Assembly: GCA_051942205.1 (NCBI GenBank)
Contig: JAVECO010000097.1
Location: forward strand, 62,001 to 84,742
Direction of reading: 5' to 3'
Origin: Coniocarpon cinnabarinum
Lineage: Eukaryota
DNA: 22,742 nt
Shown: positions 1-9,900 of the stretch, in pieces
How positions within the stretch are numbered: position 1 is the stretch's first letter
How the letters are laid out: each line of letters opens with the position of its first letter
Translations under genes and position numbers: made by a program
Notes under the pieces: generated by a model
Databases searched by the model: none
Told to the model about the DNA's origin: nothing
What the model saw: only the letters and a program-made list of their open reading frames with translations

Positions 1-762
1 ATGAACTCGCATCAAGGCAAAGACCTCATGCACGCCTGGGTAGGCCCCTCGACAGCCGACTGCATCATCAGGAATAGTGCATGGCTCTTCACTCCAACGA
101 TACCGGCATTACCCATCCCCTCCGAGGCCGCCGCAGACAACTTCCAAAGCCTCGAATCACCCCTTCAAAACCCCGAGTCTGCCGACGGCACACGCCACAG
201 CCTTACCCAAGTCTCACTCAGAACAACACTAGTCATGGCCGCCATTATAATCCAGCACCGTTTCCCCGGTATGGGATCACGCATGATTCAATCGCTGTGC
301 GAATGCTTTATTAAATGCGGTGAGGAGAGCGCGATTCCCTGGGCTCATGACATGGCGCTCAGCTTTGCGCGGATGCAACCGGATGCGGCACATGAGGTGT
401 ATGCGCGCAAATTGGAGCAGCGAGTCGCGCATCGACGGTTGGCGAAGGAAGCATGTCAAGAGTCGACGACGTTGAAATGGGATAGTGGGATTTGTGAGTG
501 GCTTGATGGGACGCCTTTGGCTAAACAATCGAGTGGACTACAGGTCCACGCTACGCAGCTGCTCGAGGACACAGCGCCAGTTGTTGACCCTGTGACGCCG
601 TGCAAGCGGGGTGCCAATGTGGCGGGCTTGGACGGCGCTGATGACATAGCTAGCGACGATGAAGATGAGTTGAATAGGCCGCAGTCTGGGACGCGTGGGA
701 TGGGTGAGGTGGTGAATGCGAGGTGGTATGGGTGGAAGACTTCAAAACGGCGGCCACGGTGA
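1..762 (+). CDS. Hypothetical fungal protein, probably the C-terminal part of a gene that begins before the window
   Basis: 253-codon ORF from base 1 to TGA at 760-762. It has a KWDSGICEWL motif followed by an acidic DDEDEL stretch, reminiscent of the C-termini of uncharacterised Pezizomycotina proteins. No recognisable domain; the ATG at base 1 may be internal. Confidence 0.6.
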   Translation: MNSHQGKDLMHAWVGPSTADCIIRNSAWLFTPTIPALPIPSEAAADNFQSLESPLQNPESADGTRHSLTQVSLRTTLVMAAIIIQHRFPGMGSRMIQSLCECFIKCGEESAIPWAHDMALSFARMQPDAAHEVYARKLEQRVAHRRLAKEACQESTTLKWDSGICEWLDGTPLAKQSSGLQVHATQLLEDTAPVVDPVTPCKRGANVAGLDGADDIASDDEDELNRPQSGTRGMGEVVNARWYGWKTSKRRPR

Positions 763-1546
763 TGTACAAAGAGTTGGATATTGGATACCCGTATTGCATT
801 GGCGAGCGCTTGCCATTTCTTGGACTTGAGGATCGGTAGCGCGTGACAGACGAGTTCATTACAGCTTTCCTGCATGAAAAGTGCTGTAATTACGTCTTGG
901 CCGCCTTACTGTGTGATCATGCCCAGCGTTGAAGTGAATAACATCGCCACGTATAGACGTCGCCGGAGAGTGATCTCCCCAGTGCTGCATCATGGCGTGC
1001 GGCCCTCTCGACATAAAGACATGACACTGGTCCTTACAACTACCTCCTCGCGATTCCGAAGCGCTGTTCATTCAGCACTACGGCAAGCATTCACGTTTTG
1101 CTTTATCAGTGGCTGGGAACATGACATAAGGACGACGAAAACTGACGTGTTGAGGGTTGCGAACAGAAGTCGGGGCCGAATTGGCGGCAAGCGTTGGAGT
1201 GTAGTGCGGTGAGTACTTTCCTTCAAGGGCCTTCTGGCATTCTCGAGGGTCTGATGCGCTCAACTTTCTGTTGTGCAGTTTGGGTTGTGTTTACCGCATT
1301 GTGTAGACTGGCCGCATGTGGAGGTACAAGTGCTGAAGCAGGGTCCGCATCACGCATGACAGAGTGCATAGCAAGGAGGCAAACAGGGCGTCAGATTCAA
1401 AAGGAAATGGGGATTAGATATACCTAAGATTGGTGCAGATGCGGTTTCCACTCGCATCGTGACTAAAACCAGCATATGGCTTAGTTCACCGGAGCCAAGG
1501 TTCCAATGGGCCCCTCATTTGTGACCTGGCTCGAGCAGCGAGACAG

Positions 1547-3633
1547 TCAGGTCTTCAGGATTTCAGGAAAATCCGCGCCCTCGGTGTATTTTTGCTTCGG
1601 CACGTAATCGATGCCATGCAACTCGTAGAAACTGCACGTATCAGGCTTGGAGCACTTGCCTAGGGCTTTCGTCAGCACAGTCTTCCTGTTCTGCTTCAGT
1701 GTATAGAAGTAGCTTTTTTCTTGAGACGCACCTTCTCTGTCGCCAAAGGGGCAATTGTGTCCCAAGTAGCAGTCAAAGTCATCGCATTGCGAGCCCTTGG
1801 GACAGAGCGTGGTCCGGACGCGATGCCTAAATGCGAGCCTCTCACCCTCTGAGATGGGCGGGTCGTGGGAATATTGGCATGCTGAGCCATTATAGCAGTT
1901 TCCCCGCAGATGATAGTTGTTACAAAGTTTGCCAGTGGCGGCGACGCGTGATTTAAATTTGCCGTCTTGAACTGAGTCGGCTCTTGGTATGATCTGGAAG
2001 TGTGCAAAATGATTAGCGCAATGTGGGCATCGATAGCGCCTGTAACTACGCACTGGGTCGAGGCGAACGCCCTCTTCGTTGTAGTAGATAACCTTCTTCT
2101 TCTTGTTGACGTTGCCGGCTTTGACGTCAAGAGTTCTTGTATCTGTGGGTCCGCCGACCGTAGCATAGGTCTTGAGACCGCTCGCAGTGCCGTTTGGAGC
2201 AGGTGTCGGCGGCTTGCTAGAGGCCACAGGAGATGGCAGGCGAGCAGGAGCAGGTGAGGGGCTGAATACGTTGCCTTTGCATGACCGTCAATCCTCTGCT
2301 GTCCACGATTTCAGTGACAAGGCCGCTGAAGCTTACCATTGGGCACGAACGCATTGGCTGAAGGAGACAAAATAGGCTGAATCGTAGGCTGAGGAGGAGA
2401 CACCTGACGATGCTCGGGAAGGGGCGTGTTCCGGAATACTGACGGGAAGCGGGTAACATCAAAGCCCAGCTCCCTGTACTGCCACTCCGCGGGTGTGGTT
2501 TCGAGCAAAGTAAGCCGACTCGTAACAGCAGGGTCTTTGCGATACGGGTTGAGGTTTGGTATATATCTGCCTTAGGATCAACACGCAGATTACCCTGGCT
2601 TGCTTGGTGTGACTTGAAATGCTCTTGAGCTTGCAAGGTCACTAGGCGGCTTACCCATTATCATGACACTAGCCGCCATTGTCAGCCCACCTGAAATCAA
2701 TGTAATGCTATCCGACGTGAACTGTGCACTTACTCCACCAAAAACCAGATGTCTACAATGACTGTTATTGACAAACAGTTTGAACATTTCTGTATTCAAG
2801 ATCGGTCAGCTACGACTGCTGCAGGCGGACAGCTCAGAAGCAGATTGGGTTCAGAACGAACCTTTGATCTTATGGTCAGCTCGCTCTTTTCCTCTTCCCA
2901 CATCAACGATTGAGAACAAGGACTGCGCGTTGCAGAAAGCTTGTTCGAATGCTTTGAGATCTGTTGTTCCTACAATTAGCCCGTTTCGTACACATGCCTC
3001 TGCCGGAATGTAGCAAAGGATATTGGTCGCACTTGCCACCCTGTGTGTGGAGAATTCCAACGTGGGCCAGTTTACGCGCGAGATCTTCCAAGCTCATGTA
3101 GATCTGGACCATTATCGTACAACTTGAACTAACGCCCTTTTCACGCAGTAAACTCTCGATCTCCTGTTTGAGCAGGTGAGCAGCTTCTGCGCCGCCGTCT
3201 GCAGCCGCTCTTAAGAGTTTCTCCTGGAATATACAGCCGTCGCCATCGACTAGGACTAAGCAGAAAGGGTCGTTATCAGTACGTGCAGTCGCACGGTCCC
3301 ATTCTAGCTTATGTTTTTTGGCCTCGTCTTGGTGAAAACGCCGACTCCGCTGCTCGTTATCAAGGTCGTTTTGCAGCAGCTCTACCTGATGCTGCAGAGT
3401 GTTATTATCATGCAATAAACGCTAACATCTTGTCAGTTTACGACTGACACTCCAATGTCCTGTTCGACATCGGATCTTACGTCCATGAGCTCATTCCGTT
3501 CCTGATCCGACTGGCTGAATTTATCCAGCTGCGCCTGGAAGCGCGAGCTGACTTCAGGTTTATCATTGCTATTGTGGGTAAACGGTGTGCCGATAGGCGA
3601 GAAGAAAGACGAAGATCTCATTGATCTCTCCAT
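1547..3633 (-). CDS. CCCH (C-x8-C-x5-C-x3-H) zinc-finger protein with a coiled coil and a conserved fungal LVDGDG...GKERADHKI...CHDNGY domain; 9 exons
   Basis: Exons (minus): 3633 (or 3621)-3481, 3421-3037, 2969-2862, 2789-2734, 2668-2655, 2566-2337, 2274-2054, 1993-1732, 1659-1547. Introns are 59-88 nt, most with CTGAC/CTAAT-like branch sites. The splice gives a continuous frame: FCLVLVDGDGCIF...DVGRGKERADHKIKEMFKLFVNNSHCRHLVFGGCHDNGYIPNL...LCNNYHLRGNCYNGSACQYSH...CPKGSQCDDFDCYLGHNCP. Confidence 0.88.
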
Positions 3634-4246
3634 CTCGGCTGGTGGTACTTGACCGTGGCGCGCGAGCTGGGGCCGAAGCTTGGTTACCGCTGATGACTGT
3701 GGCTTTTCTTCCACGTGTGCAGACCAACAAGAGTGTCTAGTCGTCTTTCTTTTCCCTGTGTGAATTAAAGATTGTTGCTCTGCACTGAATTCTCTGCCCG
3801 CGTGAGATGGGGTGAAGGCATTCACCGTTCTGGTGGTGAGAAAACAAATAGCAAGGTTTTTGTGAGATTAGATGTATGTTTTGCGAATGTTTTGGCAATA
3901 AATAATTTGAGGCACCAGGGGGTCCTCAAACGACACGTCCGCGTTTGTAAAAGACGCGCTAAGAACCATTGCGGTAAAGCGCAGCCGACGCGGTATTCAC
4001 TCAGGTCGAGGTCTACTGCGTCTATCTTCGCGTCGCAGATGGTTTCATGCTCGCACTTCCCGACGAAACTCGGTTTGGTGTGATGCAGAACGAGACGTCG
4101 GTCATGAGGCAGAAGAGAGCAAAGTCACTGGCGGAAGGGAGAAAAGCGGTGGTATCGATCACCTAGGGAGACCATTACACCCAGGTGATAATGCCACTCT
4201 TGCCGCGCCGGCATTTTGCATCCACTGCATAATTCTGCTTGATCTG

Positions 4247-4253
4247 TATATAA
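4247..4253 (+). promoter_or_regulatory. Putative TATA box of the GST gene
   Basis: TATATAA about 230 nt upstream of the GST start codon, in the divergent CCCH/GST intergenic region. Confidence 0.4.
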
Positions 4254-4480
4254 GGTAGCTTACCTGTGCCCTTGCGACGCTATGCGTGAGATGAGATGTG
4301 TTGCTATGCTGGCTGGCATGTGATGATTTCACAAGTGGAGCTAAATCACGGGTGCAGCTTCCAAATTCGTAACAGCTTTTGCATTGCGACTGGGACAGTC
4401 AGCAACGGCACATCTTCGAAAGCCCGTCTTTGCCTATATTTGCGTCCATATGGGAGACTTCCTCCATCATTGATCATACC

Positions 4481-5434
4481 ATGGAGTCGAACATGGCACA
4501 AGCTGCTAAGAAACAGCGTACGCATCCCCAATATGAACTGCTTTACCATCCTAGTAAGCAATTCTTGACTACCCGCAGCAGTCAATGTGCTTAATTGCGG
4601 CAGCTATCCCTGGACGAGGAGAGTACATCAGGTTGGCCTTGGAAGCATCGGGTACACCTTACACCGATGTAGCAAATCAAAAACAAGGCGGCTACGAGGA
4701 TGTTAAAAAGGCCATCGATCAACAGTCTATAGGTGATGCAGACGGCAACCCTCCAGCTTTTGCACCTCCGGTATGAACCTTGGAGCATCGTGTCTGCCTT
4801 GACCGCAAAAAGAATGGGTCAGAGCGTTTTTCGAGGATGGTCGAGCTAATCAGTGTTACCACAGGCGCTGCGCATACCAGGCGGGGGAAAGGACGGCAAG
4901 ACACTTGTGATTCATCAGACCGCCAGTATACTGAGCTATCTTGGCGCTCGCATCGAAATGATCCCCGAGGATGAAGCCGATGGACTCTACGTTGATCAGA
5001 TGACACTCACTGCACTCGATCTCAGCAACGAGACTCACGACGTGCATCATCCCATCGCTGTTAGCTTATACTACGAGGAGCAACAGGATGAGGCCAAGAA
5101 GAGAGCCGAAGACTTTCGTGTCAGACGCATCCCAAAGTACTTCAGTTATTTTGAACGTATCCTCAAAGGGAATGAGAAGGAAGGCGGTGGCAGGCTCCTC
5201 GTAGGCAGCAAGTTGAGCTATGCCGACACAACCCTTTGGCAGGTGCTCGATGGACTGCACTTCATGTTTCCCAAGGAGCTCAAGGCGAGAGAAGAGGAGT
5301 TTCCCCTTCTAATTGGCAAATTCTACCCCGGTGTTAAAGAACAAAAGCAGATTCAGGCATACTTGCAAAGTGACAGGCGGATGCAATACGGTATGGGTCT
5401 GTTCAGAAAGTATCCAGAGCTGGACCGGACATGA
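4481..5434 (+). CDS. Glutathione S-transferase (fungal/bacterial-like class); 3 exons
   Basis: Exons 4481 (or 4493)-4553, 4604-4770, 4865-5434. Introns GTAAGC...CAG (50 nt) and GTATGA...GCTAAT...CAG (94 nt). Spliced protein: YELLYHPTIPGRGEYIRLALEASG...NPPAFAPPALR...IHQTASILSYLG...ETHDVHHPI...YFERIL...LSYADTTLWQVLDGL, i.e. GST N- and C-terminal domain motifs. Confidence 0.92.
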
Positions 5435-5645
5435 GCCTTGATCGTCTGCGGTGCTTAAGGGCATTTGTTACAGCAAGCACCGTCTTGCAACCTATGCATG
5501 GAAGGCCTCTCATTCCCCTCGTCTCAAGCGGCGAGGTTTCTACGTTGATTCGTATCGTAGCTTACATTAGTCCTGGTTGCTCTGAGTGCAGTCAACTTGA
5601 GAACATAATCGTGCACGTTTTTCACTGTCACAGCTGAATTCAGAC

Positions 5646-6569
5646 TCAACCTGCCACAGTCGCCACCTCAAGCCCTTCAGCTATTTCTGTGCCAAAGACG
5701 TAGATCATGTACGTCGGAAGCACGAGCCAAGCACCACTAGACTTTGATTAATCGCATTACTTACGTTCTGGACGGAGACCAACCTACTCTGGTATCACCC
5801 ATAAGAAGATGAGTCGCGACACAGAGTTGTGTCCTACGTTGTCGAGTCCAGAAAACACCTCGTTGAGCGCTGAGCAGCAATTTCGTCAGCACTCGTAAGC
5901 AAGCAAACACGTTGCGCATGCTCCTTACGACTGCCGAAAGGCTCACAACTCACCGTAGAGTACCGTTTTTGCGACAGTCACGACAGCTGTACTATAGCCC
6001 AGCAGAACCGCCACCACCGCCAGCCTCCCATGCAGGACTCGTGCACGTGTCAATCTTCTCGATGCTTCTAGCCAGTGCTCTGCTCGTTCTAGCTTCTTTG
6101 GGGCGCCTCTTCCCTCGGCCCTCACCTCGTTTCCGTGACCAAAAACAATGTACAGGTAGAGGGCGTATGACAGCGTTTCGAGCACGTTCAAGGCTGCTTG
6201 CGCTGCAGTAAAGCCATTCCTCTTCTCTAATGCCGGCCAACCGTATACATAGTCGACCGTCCCATAAAGAGCGTACGGTGTCCACAGGGGTGAATGCCAC
6301 TTCCCGCCTGGCATGGAATGTGGCCGCAGAAACACATATGCACTGTCCCAAACGATGAGTGGCAGGCTAATGAGGAGCCACACAAGGGTCAAGTTCGACG
6401 GCGTATGGCTCCACGGACGCAAAGACGTCGGCGGCCTTGAGTTCGAGCGCCGCGAAGTGGACTTGGAGCGGCGCGTGAGGCTTTGCGAGGTTGTGACCGT
6501 GGTCGACGGCGTTCGCACAGAGGCGGGAGGCGTCTCTAGTCCCTCGGGATGTTTCCTGGTGCCAACCAT
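5646..6569 (-). CDS. EXPERA/emopamil-binding-protein-like multi-pass membrane protein; 3 exons
   Basis: ATG at 6569 (MVGTRKHP). Exons 6569-5954, 5869-5788, 5736-5646; introns GTGAGT...GCTGAC...CAG (84 nt) and GTAGGT...TAG (51 nt). Motifs LVWLLISLPLIVWDSAYVFLRPHSMPGG, WTPYALYGTVDYVYG, GFTAAQAALNVLE, KTVLYALNEVFSG, WVIPDGAWLVLPTYMIYVFG. Confidence 0.85.
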
Positions 6570-6902
6570 AGTCACACAGCCAAAACAATTCCAGCGCACA
6601 GAACAGAGTGAGCGCCGCGCGCGAATGCGCGCTTCGAAGGGATGCGGACCGGAAGGTCTCTGCGTGGACTGTTCCATCCAGTTGCGACTTCCCTGATCAC
6701 GCTTACCTCTTTGGGACGTACTGCCCCAGCAAGCAAGCGCTCGTTCACAGGGCTGCGTAGTAATTCTTATGGAGAAGGCCATGAACAGAGCTTCACGCCT
6801 TTCTCTACAGCCAAGGCACAGTGAACCTTTTGTATCAGTCAACACGCTCGTCATGAGCAAGTTTTGAAATCAGCTACTGTCTCTGGCGACCAATGATCAC
6901 CC

Positions 6903-9900
6903 ATGCCCAGCAATCACGCCCGGCACAGGCAAGTTGGCACATCGGCTGACTTCATAAATGATGTATCAGACCGCAAGACCGTAGCATTCATCAAAAGGGT
7001 TCTCTGCACTAACAACGAAGCTACACTTGCAGCTGAGCAGCCGTTGGAGAATTTGCTCCCTCCACTAACGAGTAGGAACGACCTCGACATTCAGCTCTAC
7101 GGCTTCATTGCTATTATTATCAACGAGCATATAAGCTCTTGGTATAACGCAATTACTGATGATCCTGACTTTATCGATGAGATTGTTCATATCATAGCCC
7201 ACTGTACCCGCGCTTTGGAACAGAGATGCAGAAACGTCAATTTTGATGAGTTAATTTTCAACGACGTTTTCGCTTTGGTGCAGGCCCACATTCAAGGTAT
7301 GTTACGTCACTTGTCAGATCACTTGAGAGTTGCTGAGGTCATCCACAAGCGTGGAGACAAGCAACGCACGCGTGCGCTGCTGCCGGATTTCCCTTCACTG
7401 CTGAGCAAGTCTATCACACATTGCGGCCACATCCTGCACTCGACACCAACACCAATGATCCCCCCGAAACGTTCGCACCAGCTTCCGCCGATACCAGCTA
7501 TCGGCAGCTGCTAGCAGAAGGCATTTTGGCCTTATTACTTCCAGTCGAAGATGTACAGAGTCGTTGTCTGTTCGCTCTCGTTTCTGACGTGCTATCCGAT
7601 CTCATCCTAGGTTCAATTATAAGCGACCGTCTCTCCAATCCACAGGAAATCTATGCACTTGCTCTTCGAATCACAGAACGCGTGCAGCCAATGACAGGTC
7701 TCACGCCATGGATTTCAAATGTGACCGGTAAAGACGCTCACAAGACAGATCAGCTATTCAACCGGCAATTAGCACCTGACAAGGTCAATGAGATTAGACA
7801 GTCGACATGGGCAGTGGGATTATCGAATATTGCCAAAGCAACCCTTCTGTGCTTAATTTTGCTGTTGTCGACAGCACGCAACCTGATCATAGCATTTTCA
7901 TCGGCCAAAAACCTACCAGCTCGGCGAAATGTAAGTGTAAGATTCGAAAAGGTTGTTACGCAGACACCACCAAGACGAAGACAGTATCACAACGCTATAC
8001 ATAGCGTACAGCCAGCACTTAGCTTTTCAAGCCAAATGAACATGCTGTGTTTCTGACGCCTGCTCATAATTGCTCGTGGTTAGAAGTTGCTGTTGCTCCG
8101 CTACAACGGAAGGGGACGACGTGCTAATTGAGCACCTTGTAGGGCCACGTAATGCCCCAACCAGTCATTTCTTACCAGGTCTGGCCGACCATCTTGTATT
8201 GGACAAGGATGGACGAACGACTCAGCTGGCTTTGCAACATTCTACATTCAACGAGGAAGTTCTTGGCGAGCGCGGACTGTACAGACTCGTCATTAGACAG
8301 GTAAGCCTTGCGCTCTCTTCCACCTAGTTCAAGAAAGCGACCGCCAGTCACCTGACGCGGCTTTCTACCCTGACGCGAGTCCTCGTATTGTCGTACAAGT
8401 AAGGCAGTGATGGCATGTCATGTCATGTGAGGTGTATCGCCCTTGTGTGCAAGGTGCAGGGATCTATGAATGAGGAACCTTGCGATACATGAGCGCATAA
8501 CAGTGGACCGATACCCTCGCAGGTACTTTCAGTCACTTGACCATTGGCTCATGCGCACTTCGCAGCCGTGTTTCACTGTGCGGTGTCGCTGTGAACCAAC
8601 GAGGCGTGGTGACTGAACGACGGCGATGGATCCAAAAGGAGAGTGCCGCGACCTCAGCTGTCGTTGCATTCGTTTGCATTGAACGACTGCGCCGGCAATG
8701 ACGATCGGAGGACGATCGCGCCAAAAATGAATCTTGAGTGGGAAACATTTCCCAGCTACACGCATGTACCTCTTTTCCAGTCCTGACGGGCTCCACCTGT
8801 GAGCGTCCTCGGAGGAGACTGCCCCTCAAGAACTAGCCTGGACATGCTTCAAGGGTTTGACAGGTAGCTAAAGAAGCGGGGCGACGAACAAGACATCGAG
8901 TGCAGCAATCCTGAAGCTCGGGGCTCGCTGCGGAATTTAGCATCGACAATACCCAAGTATCCTATTCGGCTACGAGGATTGAGCTGATTTTTCGAAGACG
9001 TGCAGCTCCAATGCGCGGACAAGGGAGGAGCCCACTTTGAGGAAATGCACTGAGCCTCGGCGCAGGCAGTTCTACACGCACAATGGCTTGGGACTCCTTC
9101 AATGAAATGTGTGCGCGCGCGCAGGACCGGAAATAGTTTGAAGCGGAGAAGTCGGACGAACTCGCGAAATGATGACAGCCGGATGCCATCCATGAAGAGG
9201 TAGCTCACACAACCTGTGTGCTACGCAGTCGCGCGTTACACGTAGGCCATCGGACGAATACAGCTCCAGAGGCTGGAGCCTACCATGCGATTCGTCGCGG
9301 GGGCGAGAGCAGCAGATCTGATCGCTCGACGCCGCCGAAGCCAGAGCACTCGCTCCTGGTCCGAAAAGCATGGTGGGCGAGCGTTGGCGCAATCTCAGGC
9401 AAGGGCATGGCTCCGCTGGCGCCTTTTCATTGGAGGTGTCCCAACACGATCCCCGCCGGACCTGTGCGGGCGACGGCTTTGCGCAGACGATGACGGTCAG
9501 GTGATTTGCGTGCCAGCCAGTCACAGCGGCGCTGCTCGTCCAGCCCTGAGACAGACTAGCAGACGCCTTCTGACTCGACCTGCAGCACTGATGCCCGACC
9601 TCGACTTCGCTCCTCTTCGCCCTCCCATGCCGGCTCTTCTTGCTGGCCTGGCCCCGCGGCACATTCGACCTCCTGGTGCTGGCGCTCGTGCGCATGCCTG
9701 CGTCGCTGCTCTGTCCGCCTTTGAGCGTCAAAGTACCAACAGACCCTCCTGGACGACACCGGCAACTTCATCTCACCAGGGTTGTTCCCCTGGCATCTCT
9801 GCAACACCGGCGTCTCACCACTTCGCCAACACGTCGCTAATCATCACCGCGAAAAGCAGAAGCTACTCGAGCACGATCGCCATTGCGAGCTCGAGACGAT

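Noticed and set aside
763..1546. Short ORFs between the convergent hypothetical and CCCH genes
   Set aside because: No recognisable features; likely 3' UTR/terminator DNA.
6570..6860. N-terminal extension of the EXPERA ORF suggested by the ORF track
   Set aside because: It would occupy almost the whole divergent promoter and does not read like the family; MVGTRKHP at 6569 is the more plausible start.
9201..9245. Two in-frame TAGs corrected by A-to-I editing to extend the nested ORF
   Set aside because: TGA stops also flank the frame, no recognisable protein results, and nothing shows this lineage performs such editing. Kept only as a check.
9540..9560. TPP riboswitch (CTGAGA present)
   Set aside because: The downstream ATACC and GAACTTGATC/TAAT elements are missing, and the host gene is not thiamine-related.
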